DNA from: Trichosphaerium sp. ATCC 40318
Taxonomy: Eukaryota; Protista; Tubulinea
DNA length: 64,000 bases
Assembly: GCA_038496445.1 (NCBI GenBank)
Contig: JALMLS010000231.1
Location: 154,393-218,392, forward strand
Reading direction: 5' to 3'
The position numbers and the translations under genes are program-made. Within the stretch, counting starts at the first letter, position 1, and every line of letters begins with the position of its first letter. The notes beneath the pieces are model-generated. The model did not search any database, had not been told where the DNA came from, and saw only the letters and a list, made by a program, of their open reading frames with translations. Shown here in pieces: positions 1 to 13,789 of the stretch.

Positions 1-428
1 ATCGTTTACTGCAAGATTATTCATTTTTTGTCAACAAAAGTCCTTCTGGCCCAGTTGGGGCGCTGGAGATTAACAAAATAGTCTGAAATAAGAGACACAG
101 CCAGTGTTTCATAGTCGACCGTGTAATAATAGTTGGCCGAACCACGCACGACCAGAACTTGTGAATGCTGAATACTGCAAGAAAAAGCTATGCAGTCTTG
201 CTTAAAACCTCGTTTTGTTAAGCGCACATTTTTGGTGTTACAAGTCGTTCACGGTTAAAAATACGAGTGGTAAATAAACGCAGGGAATACCGAAAACGTA
301 TTAGTATAACAAAATAAAATGGTCATCAATTCTGTGTCAAAAAACTCCGTAGTTAAAAATTATTATAAAATTGTCACGGTTTTGTATTTATACCAAAAAA
401 ACATAACGTTGAGGGCGCTACGTCATAA

Positions 429-3400
429 ATGAACCTACACCTGTATATCTTCATAGGGTTATTATTTCTACGCGTTCATGCTAGCCAGCAGAATGCTCAA
501 CAGACTAAAACTATAACGCTTGTTGGGTCTTTAGACTTGAGGCCATTAACCACCACTTCTGATCTTTCTGCACGCTTTGAAAACGCTATTTACAAAAGCT
601 TCAAGTTCTTTGAGCATTGGTTTAATAACATCAGAAAAACTCATGGAATGACAAAATATGTTGTTCAGGTCAACTTTACAAGCACAGGGGACAATGTTAC
701 TGCTAAAATTAACGCACGTGATAAGTTTTAATTGCGCTAAAAAAAAAGGTTCCGAAAAATAGTTCCCTGACTATGGTCGTATGTAAATCTTGAAGCGCTA
801 AGCTTCTTTATAGGATTACAAATACTGGTGTAAGCAGATACAGAACAACGAAGCAGTATTCCTTTTTGGCGGATTTGAGTCATGGCTTGTTAATATATCA
901 CGTGAGATAGATGAATACAAAGAGTGCTTCAGGGTAAGCAAAAGCAACAGAAAATAATTCTTCTAGTTTGTGTGTTAATTTTATTGTGTTTCGCGTAGAT
1001 TGATACAGCCGCTGCGGATGAGAGTACTTGGAGAGACTTTAAAAATGTTCTACCAATGAGAGCCTCGTTAAAACAGTAAGCACATTTATTTTAACTGCAG
1101 AAACTGCGAAAAAATAACTACAGAAAAGTGTTCCACGTGTGACGTGGAGGTAGTTGTTCTTACTTATTTTTTTCACTAACTTTTCTTTAAATAGCTATTT
1201 CGAGAGCACGTACCCTTACTTGAGATTACATAAAGTCAAGAGAGTAATCGTTATTCGCCAACTACGACCAAACTTGGTGCCTTATGAGGAGGTACGAAAC
1301 CTAAAAAAACCCCAAAAATACTAACTTTCGTGGTGTCAGAACTTACTTGAAGGTCTGGATCTCAACGTTCGTATACAGCCAGAGGAAACATTCTATGTTA
1401 TGGATACAAATGTTACAATATTACAATTGCCATTGGAAGAAATGGTCGAGCAAAATGTAACTGCGACCATAACAGAAGCAGCGAAAGTAAGTTCAATGTG
1501 TTTTTTATGTTATTTTTATGTACCTTTTAAGAAATACCCCGATATCGATTGTGTGTACGTGCTCATATGGGAAAGAGTAAACCAAAAAGTTGTAGCTGTG
1601 ATGGATGATCTAGACTGGTAAGTAAACTTTCTTAGTGCCGATAAAATTAGTTTGACTTTTTTTTCACAGGGCGCCAAAAATGGTTATACACGTTCAGTCA
1701 GGTCGGTTCTTGCGTAGGCCTTCAGGTAAACGTTTTTACTCAATATGGTTTACTTATTCCTATCCCTAAAGGCAACATGCACTCTGGCATAAATGAACGG
1801 TCAGCGCGTACAGCTTTTAAAAGCGATGAGTTCACAGGTGGTAATTATACTACCTTTCTGACTCAACTGGCGGACTATTACAATACAACAACAAGTGCAG
1901 TTAATACACTGTTTTATTTGAACCCATTTATGGCTGGATCGCTACTGCTCCGAACAATAGAAGTGAGTTTTTTTATACAGAGCAATTCTTAAGTTAGTTA
2001 GTAATGCTATTTTAGGAACTTGATTCATTAAATCACAAGGATATCAGAGATAAATTATTTCGAAGCAAACACCCGTACGAACTATGAAAACACGTATTGC
2101 CATTGTTATATTAACTTTAAAAAAAATCACGTGGCACATTTTAGGAAAATAACAACTTTTGATTGCAAAACTGAGTTTCTGAGCCTCTTTGTTTTAGAAC
2201 TTTCAACGGTGATTATTCATGGGATATCACTCACGGACAAAAATGGAGACCTTACTTTCTACAAGTTCAAAATCGTGATGGGAATTATGACGGTGAAGAA
2301 TACCTTGAGATCCTTGGTCCTATAGAAGGTAGAGATTTTTTGTATTCTTCTACAAAGTGTGCTAATGTGTTGGTGATAGCGTCAACAGGAAAGATGGTAT
2401 ATCCTATGATACCTTTTAAAGACCGCTCAGCTAATCTCTCGTGGAATAAAAATCCCTTTGGAGAGATAGTGATTACTGTGATAGCTTGTCTGGTTATGCT
2501 ACTTTGGGTCATATTCACAGTATACGTCATTTACAACGAGAAGGTACTTTCTTGGTTTTTTAAGTCACGTGCCAATTTTTTTGGATTGTTGTTTGTTAAA
2601 TGTTGTTTGTTCACTGCAACCAGTCGAAACTACTTTTCTATTTCACCTTTGATGAACGCAAGACCGAGAGTCTGACGTCTTTTTTAGAGAGCGTCGAGGC
2701 AATTTCCTTGTTTCCATGTATTAGTTTCGCTTGGTGCTATCATAATCCTGTATGTAGTTTTTTACTTTACCTTAGAACAATGTTTAACATTGTTTTAAAA
2801 GGTTTACAACTATTTTTTGGGCACCCTCCATAGAAGTATCATCAATGTGTCATCTATCTCTATACCACTTCCATATTGGATTCACACTTTTGTTTGGGTA
2901 CAAACCGGTAAATCTGTACTACCTTTCGTTCACACTATTATAGAACGTTCTTGTCGAAAGCTTTATTGATAGTCATTGGTCACAAGGACCAAGAAAATAA
3001 AGTCAGAGTGCGGTACGGAAAAATAAAACAGTGCCGAACATACATTCAAGCGAATATTTATCTTCTAAGTTAAATGTCGTTTACTCAATTCATACTGATG
3101 TAGGCTTGATTTTTGTTTATTCAAAGAATTTTAGCTTAGTGGTTCACACATCCATTGCAACCACTAATTTTTTGTTTTAGACCATTGTCCGTTGCTGTTG
3201 TTGTTCTCGGACTTGTTGTGATAGATATTGTCATTCTGGTTTTATACTCGATAATATACAACCCAGTGGTAGTTAGAGTCTCACCAGATGAGTTTGACAT
3301 GTCCAAGTCATACATCATCTGCGATGGAAACGAAACAGCGGAAACAGTATTCGAGATTGTATTTGCAACAGAAAAGGTACTCGTTCACTGGCTTCTGTAA

Positions 3401-4168
3401 AAATTGTTCTTAACTCTTCCTACAGATCCTTATGGTTCTTATCGGATTTGTACTAGCGTACTTTGTTAAAGATATTGCTAGCTGCTGTCGTCATCATACA
3501 AAACTTATAGCCGTTTCGATTTACAATATTGGTATCTTCTTCATCGTCATTACAGCTGTCCGGATAAGTCTGGGTGATTTTGGTCGTGATGTGGTAACAC
3601 TAGTTTATGTCCTCTCTTCGATGGGTATCATATGTGCTGTGGGTACGAAAAATCACGTGACAAACAGATTAACCACTTGCTATTTTACTGTTTAATACCA
3701 TCAGAGTTTAACTTTGTTTTTACTTCTAGTGTTCACACTGCTCGGTTGCGCAGTCCAATATGTGTTTTGGGGAAACGATACAGAGATGGTGTCTAAAATG
3801 GATACAGTAGGTTTCAATTTAGAAGCCACAGCGATAGCAACACCAGTACGTACACCAGGTGTAAATACGAAGTCAACAGGAACTTCTGGGGGAACACTGG
3901 TCACAACAGGATCTAAAGCGACTTCGGATTTAATACAAAGAATAGAAGAGACAACAGCAAGACTTGAAGAGTATGTCATAAACTTCAAAGAAAAGTGTCA
4001 AATACGCATTGACTTTTTCCTTCTTTTTTTTTTGTCTCTTTGTTTCATTTAGTAACCATTCTTTTTAACAGGATCGAAGAAAGGATTTCAAATGCAAAGA
4101 ATGATAGAAATAAATGGAAGAAAAAGTTTGAGGATGAAGAACAGCGAATGACACTCATCGAAAAGTAA
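429..4168 (+). CDS. Family C (GABA-B/Grl-like) GPCR, multi-exon
   Basis: Signal peptide MNLHLYIFIGLLFLRVHA, long ectodomain, then hydrophobic exons with 7tm_3-like motifs (HIGFTLLFG; TKLIAVSIYN) and a Ser/Thr-rich, coiled-coil tail; stop at 4166-4168; GT-AG introns. Confidence 0.8.
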
Positions 4169-4400
4169 ACAAGACAATGAACTGTTTGTACAATAAGTGT
4201 AAAAAAAAAAAAATTCAAAAGAGTTTTTTACTCATTGACAGTAGCGTTTATAGTTCATTGTTTCTTCTCATTGATTTACCCAGCATTGCATTAAAAAACA
4301 GAAGTGTCTATGATATCACGTGTTAATGTGTACTGCTTGGGTATCTATGACAAGATAAACAATACATAAATATGCATACTAGTTTATTCAGTGTTAACAA

Positions 4401-5341
4401 CTATTCTTTCCAGTGTGAAGGAATATCATCTGATTGCAGAATCGACGCTGGCAAACACGCTGGTGCAAGCTTAGCAATATACTTGGTGATATCAACAGGC
4501 AAGGTAGGCAATGACTGGTGTTCACGTGCAAAAAAAAGCTGGAGAAGACGCTCTTGCATCTTGACTCTCCAAGATGTCGGGCATACTTCATTGAACTTTT
4601 CAGATATAGTGCAGTCACGCAATACCACACTAACTATCTTCTCGAACTGGTGATTAAACCTGTAAATATTGGTCAAACAAGCATGCTCTTTTACTTCTTC
4701 GTCAGAAGGAAAGTCATCAAAGTCTTGCCAAGCCTTGAAAACAGATGAATCAGAAACACCATAAATCACGTTTGTACAGTCACTCTGGTTATCGATAACC
4801 AAGCATACTAACTCTCTTGTTTGACGATGACGTATAGCTCCCCAGCAACCAGTATTACTATCAGCATGACCATCATTCATGTTAAACCGAAGAGGAAAGA
4901 CTTGACCGGCACCATCAATAATGTCAATGTCCGTCCATTGATATTGAAGGTATTCTTCCTTTTCATCTTCATCCCATTCCTCAATTTCTTCACCCAATAT
5001 GATTGCAGCGTCGCTTGGGTCAACGTTCTGGGTAATGTACCGTACAAGCGTGTAATGGAACTTTGCGTTGTGCTGAGGGTTTTTAACTGATTTAGCGTGT
5101 CTGTATTGATACCAGAGATCTTCTGAGAGCGTAAACTTTGGTTTAGAAGTTGTAGAGCGTTTCGCTTCGTTTATTATCGCGTTCGATACAAAATCAGGCC
5201 AAGAATACTATAGATATGTTAAATAGGCGGTTAATGCTATTATTAGCGTACTTCAGCTTTACGTTGCTTTTTTCCGCTTTCTAAAGCTTCTGAAACTGAG
5301 TCGTTGCACTCCATAAAGGCTTCACTGGCTTTTCGCTTCAT
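4401..5341 (-). CDS. Hypothetical protein with C-terminal F-box/SOCS-box-like motif, 2 exons
   Basis: ATG at 5341 (MKRKASEAF...); a 44-nt intron (5208-5251) joins in frame to ORF 4401..4997; C-terminal RLLQLFFAREHQSLPTLPVDITKYIAKL. Confidence 0.7.
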
Positions 5342-6117
5342 CTCACAAGTTGTCACGAAATAATACTTTTGTAGACTTTAACAAATCACAACAATTAAAT
5401 AAAACTGATTAAAATTCTTCAGTGAAACTTTTTGTCAGATACCATTCCCAGAATTCTTGACATCCTTTGCATCAAACCCTTACACGCATTAATGCAGTCA
5501 GCACCATAGGTTAAGACCTTACCTGAAGGTTATTAAAGACAGTTGTAAAGCGGTTTTTGAAGACCGAAAAGTGTCCTAATTTTCGGTCTTCGGTTTTTTG
5601 TAGGAGTACTTTCTGTTGGTGTTATTTTTGAAGTCGGCTGTCCAACTTCCTGAAGGTTTTCGAAATTCTCTCGTTTTGTATAAATTACGTACTGTCACAA
5701 AATTGTAGTAGTGCTGGAAATTATGTTGACACATTGTTCTTACGAAATTCGTAAATAAAAAAGTCAATCAACTGCCTTTTGTTTTGTGGCTCTAAGCCAA
5801 GCCAGCTGTTTCTTTTTATAATGCATAACTTGTACATTACCAATATGCTAAGAGTCACAAACCGCAGAGTTACTCACCCTACAACGAACATCGAGATTAT
5901 ACTTCAAGACAATTGCATGTAAGAGAAATAACTGACGAAATATCTAGCTGACAACCTTGACTGCAACACAATCGATAAAAATGATTGGTGCAAACTAACA
6001 CCAAGCCCTGCTGTATTGTAGCAGTTAATGTTAGCAGTAAAAAAGGCGAACGGGCTTAACTGTTTTGATTAAAAAGGAAGTGGCTCGTAAAAAAGACAAA
6101 GCAATCCGCTTGTTGAT

Positions 6118-8690
6118 ATGCGGATTAGAAGCGTGATTTTCGCAGTTCTGATACTTATCTTTACGAATGGTACACTTTACTGCTTTTTTGATTGTACAAT
6201 AAGCTAACTACCCACCAGTCGCCATGGCAGTGTTTAGAAACCCGCAATTCAATGTTTTTATGAACGCTGCAGAAATTAATGCTTTCGGTTCTCCAGCTGT
6301 AGCAATAGATGTGACATACGGCATTCCAGACGATGTACCATCGTATTTTTACGTTGTTGAATGTATACTACGTTTTTGCTTTGTATTTGTATTTGCTTAA
6401 ACTTCCCTTAGCATTGCCCGATACAGTATTAATACAATCAGCAATACCTGAGAGTACGTTAAAAACTATTTGTAGCACTTTTTCAACAGGTTTATTCTAT
6501 CCGCCTCACAAGACTTTCTCATGCGCTTGCAGCGCGCATAGTCACACCATACGACTATTTTTGCTTGTTTTTTTTCTGCACAATCAAACACTCTTTAAAA
6601 CACCTTTAACACATCGTAATAGGCTTCTTTGAGGGTGAAAGCACCCGTGATGATATTTTAATACACCATGCGACCGGTCCAATGGTACAATACGGAAAAA
6701 ACCAAGCCGTATTTTTGTTTGTTAATACAACAAGTGGAATGCTCGCTTACAGAATCCTGAGTCACCTGGGCGAAGATGTACGTGGATTTTTGAAAGCATT
6801 TGATATTTGTTTTTTGCAATGACACGTGACTATGTGTAGGCAATAAAAATGGAAGATGAAGTAGAGCTAATAGATTCCAGAAGTATTCCTGGAATTAAAT
6901 ACTTTGTTGAGTTTGACAAACATAAGTTTGAAGGTATGCTTAAAGACTTACACGAACAAAAAAACTTGTTTTCAAACGAAAAAAAAAGCACAGCCTCTAT
7001 TTTTGAGTACACGTGCTACTATCTATTTTGATCTTTCCAGAAAATATCACACTGCACAGTTCTTATTCTCTATAAAATGTTTTGGCCACGCAGGGTGTTC
7101 ATTCGCTCGAGTTTTGGACAAAAAAACTCTGTTTTGTGACTTCGATTTTTGTTTATCTGTGCATACAATGTCTCACCTTTCTTAGCTTCTGGAAAAGAAG
7201 AATTTCTGGTCAATATAGAGTCTCCTTCAAATACCTCTCATTTCTTTAAAATAAGCAATGATACTTCTCCTGTGGGTGTCATGTACAATGGAAGTAAGTT
7301 ACTCTTTCCAACAAAAAAAACATGTAACAAACTTTTTTTTGTCTTTTAGCTTACCCCGGTAATGACTTTGGTATTACTCATATGAATGAACCAGAATGCT
7401 TTGCAAAATTATTTGTTGCTGAAATAAATGGAGAATTTAGAGTGGAGTATTCTATTCCGTTCACATCAAATGTAAGTTGCTTGAAACAACTTTAGAGGTT
7501 TTTTTTTTTTCTAATCTAGTTAAGGTCTCTCAGTTGATTACTTCATCAGTTATGCCTTCTAAAATATCCACTGTATTCATTGAGCGCTCTTTGTATAGTG
7601 TGTTGCTGTTTGGGAATATAGTATTAGTGATCCAAAAAAATGTTGATTGCTCAGAGCCACAGCCATTTAACAAGGAGGTTGAATCTGATTTTACACAAGT
7701 GCCTAGCCCAGAAGCAGTTGATATTATTGTATTGACAAACACAACAGATGAGAATTTATTGATTGTCCACAATGATGCGGTCTCTGATATTACAATCCAT
7801 GCTTTTGATGTATGTTCAAAAAAAAAAGGAACAAATGCACACAAAAAAAATTAATGTTTGTTTAGCGGAATTCTCTAAATTTTCTTAGTCCAAGTTTCAC
7901 AACTACTCTACTAAGCAGTAGTGCCATAAAAAAATTAGAAGCTACATTTGATAGATCGGAATGTATAGTAACAGTATGTTTAGTTCAACTAGTGCAAAAA
8001 AAAAACCAGCTTATTAATTCAACAATTGGAACTCCAACCTTACTTTGTCTTTTGTTTTTATAGGTAGTTGCAGTGTTTGTTGATGGTACATCTAACATTA
8101 TATTTTATAATGAGTCCACTGGTGTTTTCTCTTGTGGTGCACCTCTGCCAACAACAGTGTCTCCACCAACACTTACACCAACCACAAGACCGCCTATAAT
8201 TCCTGAAGTGTCTCCAACTTTACCTCCTGTAATACGGAGGGTGTTTACCCTTATCATCAACGAAGATATTGTTGTACTTCCACTTAATGCAACCTTTGAT
8301 GACATAGAAGTCATCTTCACAAGAAACGCAAGACCAGTCAATGTAACACATTGCCCAAACATCTCAACTATTTCTGTATCATTTGAAAACAAGAGAGTAT
8401 TTGACTCAATAATTCAACAAGGTAACTTCACACTACTGACATTCTCAGAGTTGTGTGTAAATGATGGTACTGTTGATGTTAGGGTGGTTAGCCCTGATAA
8501 TGAACAATGTCAAACCGATACAATTGTTTCAAAATCAAGGTCTCTTGTGGTGTTAATATCTTCTTGTAGTCAAAGAGATAATCAACGTGATAATTCTCAA
8601 GTGATTTATTATGGAGTTGGTGTCTCTTTAGTAGCAATAATTGTTGCTGTATTAATTGTCATGTACTTGGCATATAGACGGAGACATTAA
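6118..8690 (+). CDS. Type I single-pass surface glycoprotein, multi-exon
   Basis: Signal peptide MRIRSVIFAVLILIFTN at 6118, successive exons, Pro/Thr stalk (PTTVSPPTLTPTTRPP), TM helix followed by RRRH-stop. Confidence 0.7.
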
Positions 8691-9289
8691 AATAAATACC
8701 ATGCATTATACAACTCTTGTATTTAAGTAGTACAAATCTACAATTATAGAAAAGAAATAAAAGTACAAAAATACATATTACAGTTATAGTACCTTAACAC
8801 TTTCCCGATGCAATAGCTTATTTGCAAAATGAGGATGTACACCCCACCTGGCTTCTGTGATAGTGCCAGTATGAGGTAACAGCATTGTTGTTAAAGCCTC
8901 ATTGATGCACGCATTGAGTCTACGCATAACTCTTCTGTATTGTTGGTCTTATTCTTGCAGCGTGCATTGTTGTTGTTTGAGTTGAGTGTATGTTTGGTGT
9001 TTGATTATAGTAGCGGTAATTGTGGTATTGCACCTTACGCTAGAGTCAAAGTTACATGTAAAACTGACGTACGGCAGCGGATGTCAGAAGTCATGACGAA
9101 TAATCACGTGACAAGTGGTGCCTTTCAGAGCCCAGTGTATATCGCAAATGTCTCCTCATGCTATCACACAGACAAAACTAGAAAATAGTACAATGACCAA
9201 ATTCATGCGACTTTTCTACTCTACACAAGAACAAGTACCTTTCATTGAATGGACTTAACAACAATGTTGAAGCGTTTATAGTATCCAAG

Positions 9290-10307
9290 ATGGCGTGTAA
9301 TAATCGAAGCACCATTTCTACGCACAGCGAAAGCCAATTGTATGTTTTGTTTGTCAAAATACCACACTCACGCGCAACCAAGGTCTACAACCCTACTAGA
9401 CTTGCCTATCGAGATTTTAACGCTTATTCTTACAAATACTGAACAAGCGCGTTTCTCAGCTGCCCAAAGCTGTCAACTCATTAGTTCTATAATCCATAAC
9501 ATCGTTGGGTATAACAGAGTGACAATAAGAACGTTTTCCCAAGCATACTTGTTTAACGAAGTGTTTCCTTACGAAACAGCAAGAAGGAACACACATATCG
9601 TCGTTAAAGTAAGTGGAACAATAGACAAGAACAACCCCGACGGAGACGACATTGTAACAATTCTGGGTGGCTTCAAGACATCAGGTATTGAAGGTCTCTT
9701 TGATGGTCGTCTATTGGCTCTGAACTCTAACTCTGAAGCTCTTGATAGTACTACTGAGTCTGGGTTACGTTCAATAGACCTAAGCAAAGCTTCAGCGTCT
9801 GATATGAGCATGAAAATGCTCTCTGGCATCCATACAATAAATCTAAGATCGTCATTCGTTACAGACGAGGGACTTCAAGCTCTTGCTGGTGTACATACTA
9901 TAGATTTAGCGCTTTGTAGGGAAATACTTGATAAGGGTGTAATGGCTTTAGCTGGTGTACATACTATCAACTTGGAAGGTTGTTACATCACAAATAAGGG
10001 TGTAAAGGCTTTGGCTGGTGTTCATAAGATAAACCTTTCAAGAACACATGTTACTGATGCATGTCTTAAATACTTAGTTGGAGTACATACCTTGGAGGCT
10101 GCTAATACTTGTATTAGTGATAAAGGTATTAAGGTATTAACAGGTATTCATACATTGATAGTTTACAAAACGTATGTCACTGGGAAAGTTACAATTCCTG
10201 GTATACAAGTATTTATTTATGAAGAACCAGTTAAGGAGTATATTCTTCCTTCAAGCTCTTCTTCGGATGATGAACTCTCATTTTTTGGTTCTTTTAATCA
10301 TGTTTAA
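9290..10307 (+). CDS. F-box-like + leucine-rich repeat protein
   Basis: ATG 9290, 43-nt phase-2 intron 9340-9382, then LLDLPIEILTLIL...QSCQ (F-box-like) and LAGVHTIxLxxxxVTDxGxxA repeats. Confidence 0.85.
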
Positions 10308-10637
10308 AAGTTGTATTAACATTAGAGGAAAGGTAAACCTTTTTCATCCTCTTAGTTTGCAAGATGGATGTTCTGTGGTAACTAAAACATGATGAAATAA
10401 AAAAGCGTGTTAAACTGTCAGAGGCTTCTAGAAGTAAATGCTACAAATCATTATATAGGCGTGTACTAACTTCTGATACTAATGACACTGACAGCGATTA
10501 CCCTGTAAGTCAGGAGGTAGTACTGAACTGATGTCTGTATTTGGGTTTTTTAAAATTTTTTTATTGCTGGTTTTTTTTTGTTTTTTCCAGAAGTAAAAAA
10601 TCAGCGTAAATATCTTCTTCTTGGTGTCATCTTTGGT

Positions 10638-12889
10638 CTATTGGTAAGTTACATTGCTTTCATAAGGCTCTGTTTTAATAAGTCCTGCATCTTCTAATTG
10701 GCCAACAATGGTATCAGGACTAATAAGCTAGAAAGAAGAACATAAGCGTTTGACAAAGCCAAAAAAAAAAAAAACAACTTTAACATTCTCCAGGTTCTTG
10801 TCTCTGCAAAAAAACTTGACGATGTGGAGATGATAATACAATGAAGTGATGAATTTACTATTTGTATTTGGGGGAAATAAGAGCGTACTTTGGTTACAAT
10901 GCATAATTGTTTTAAGCAGTTTTGAAGAGACTAAGTATGTATTAGCTAGAGTGGTTTTTTGGGTTTGTTTGAACGTACTGCTGGAGATCGTGGAGTGTTT
11001 GATGGGTTCATGACCCATACTCTACATCTATCATAGCATTCTTCTGCTTCAGTTTCATCATCGAATGGAGATGGAGGGCAATCGAATGCTTCACCTTTTT
11101 TTCGAAATAAGTAAAAAAAGAGAATAATTAATAAAAAGTTTCGTTTGGTACCTTTCATGAGGTATTGGACTTTCTGTTTCTCAGGGTTCTTCTCATCTTT
11201 AACGTACTTGATGAATTTTTCTTCAAGCTAAATTAAAAATCACGTGTCAATACAAACCAGCAAGAGAACAAAACAAGAGAGAAAATGAAAAAAAAATGGG
11301 TAAACAAAAACAATAGAAGAGTTTGCTTCATAACATCTAACGTACCAACCGGTTTAATATTTCATCTGCCTCAATTGGTACTGTTTTGACATGGCAAAAC
11401 GGTCTGATAGAGCTAGCAAGTGCTTTTGTTGTCTTAGGCAACTTATTGCGCTTACTTTGAGTGCGAAGCCATTTCCTCACACGTTTACGAACAAGAGCTT
11501 CTGGGCTAAGCTTACGCCTGTTCTTTTCTTCAGGGTCTACCTCATCAATCTTAAGAGCGGTTTGTTCAGGTTCTTCTACAAGAAACAAGAAGGTAAGAAG
11601 GTAAGAAACTCTGATTTAGAAATTTTTTTCTTTTTTTTTGTTTTCTGTAAAAGATACGTACTCTGGGCTTGCGCTTCGTTTCCCCATGCTGGTTCGCCCA
11701 ATGTACTAGTACTTGGACTGTTCCAATCGTTCGATCGTTGGCTTGCTCGCTTCTTAGATTCTTCTTCGAGGTTTCTGCCTTCATCGTAACTCAGGTCGAC
11801 ACTTTCTAACGATAAAGTAAGTAAGGATGAAGAAGGGTTCATTTTGTAACAATAACAGAAAATTAATAATTTAGAGTATAAGACATACCAATGATTTTAA
11901 ATGGGTTTATCCCTGAACGAGCAATAAGATGGATTTTATCAACAGTAAACTCGATTGGTTGCCATGTCCGGTTGAATTCAGCTTTTTTTCTGTCTAAAGC
12001 GGCCTACACGAAATTAGCACGTTTACGACTAGTTTCCGAAGTTGTTGTTGACAGAGTGCGTGTTTGGTATTTTTTGGATAAGAAAAGTTTTTGTTTTCAA
12101 AAAAAGTGTCAACGAAATGTTCGCTTGCAAGAAAAATCCATACCCGTCCTTGAAATTGTCCAAGAGTGAGATGTCCATGGAAAGTACCATTACCTCTTTC
12201 AGATAGATCCTTGCAGTTTGGAAATTCACCTTCCAACTCACGTTGAAGCCTAAAAAAAGACGAATCAATACAAGAGAGCACCAAATAGCAAAAGCCATCC
12301 AAAAAAAAATTCTCTGATTTCACAAAGCCGTTTAAACCACTTTAATAAATTAAATAAAGGTTGAAAATCTCTTTTCCATGCGTAGAATAGACGATTAGAT
12401 ACGTTTATTCTTATCCAAGAAATTTCGTTTAACGCAAAAGAATAAAATCAAATTTATCTGGTGTACAGCGAATAGTGCCTATTTTTACCTTGTGAGAATG
12501 TTTTTATCCTGAGGAAGGACTGGCTCCAGGAATAGAGTACAACTGCGCTTGCCATGCTCAAAAAAGCCAAATTCATTAAAAACGACCTTAAATTGAGGGA
12601 AATCGCCAAGTGCTGAGCGCAGTTTGGATGCAGCGTTAGGAAAATCTACACTAAGGTTAAAACAGTCTAGTAGAGTTAAAAGTACCTTTTTCAGGGAGGA
12701 ATGGGTACAAAAGATTGATATCTAGGCCGTTATTAGCGTTTACGTTTTGTAGGTAATCAATTAGCGTTAAAACATACGTGGCATCCATCTTCTAAACGAC
12801 TTATCGTGTCTTTGCCTGATAGCTTGAATTTTAGTCCAAACTTCTTGAGGAGGAATAATACAAACAGCAGAGGTGTGTACTTTTGACAT
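10638..12889 (-). CDS. LENG9-type 2H phosphoesterase (LigT-like) with C-terminal extension, multi-exon
   Basis: Spliced N-terminus MSKVHTSAVCIIPPQEVWTKIQAIRQRHDKSFRRWMPHINLLYPF and second 2H motif FHGHLTLGQF; stop at 10638. Confidence 0.85.
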
Positions 12890-13789
12890 TTAGCGTTTGT
12901 AACGGGAGTAGAGGCGGTTTGGTAGAACTGTGCTATGTTCTGTTCTTGTTCGTGTGGACGGAAATTTGACGTTTTTTCGAATGCTCAAGTCCGTTTTCAT
13001 GAAAGCCAGTTGTAGTTTTATTTGAAATCAATATATGCCTACCAATAAGCCGTAAGTCAATGGATTATGGCTTGATGTAGGCAACGTAGTGCCTAAGTTT
13101 TTGTCAGAGCGCTGTATTGAGAGTGGTAAAGTTCTTCACCAACAAATATATCCATCACTATTAGCTTGGCATATTTCTGTATAAAGTGTATGAGTATATG
13201 AGAAGTGTTATTAATAAAAAAATCAACCGTTGTGGGTTGTACCTTGTACTGTTTTTACCTAAGAATAACAAGTATCCTCCGTTTGATTCCCATAATATTC
13301 TCGTAAACATAGACTTGTGAAACAATTAATCCGGAAAAAGATGCCGGCCTAGTTAAACCAAGTAGCATGGACGTGAGCATCAACCTTTGATCTAACCAGT
13401 TTCTGGTACGAGCTGATGCTTAATCTTCAGCAATGAAACACTCAAAATCCTTCAGCGAGACTCGTTTTTCAGTTCTCCATATGGACTCTCTTTAGTTCCT
13501 AAGACAAGTACATGGGAGGACTTACGTACATACAAATCCTCATCGATGGTTTTTTGCATAGGAATACAATTAAATGGAAAATAAATAATCAAGCCTCAAT
13601 CTTCATGAAAGTCAACAGTATTCATTTTTCTTATTTTGTTTCTCGGTACGCATTTCATTATGAAATTTCCGCTAGCGGCTTTTACTTCCCTTTGTTGGAA
13701 TTAGAATAATACTGCAAGCATTTTGTTTTAACTTTAAACGCTTTTGTAATTGTTTTGTGTATTAACTTTCGTATTAAGGCCACAACACC

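Noticed and set aside
8785-8970. Possible small minus-strand gene (about 47 aa)
   Set aside because: No recognisable motif or reliable exon structure
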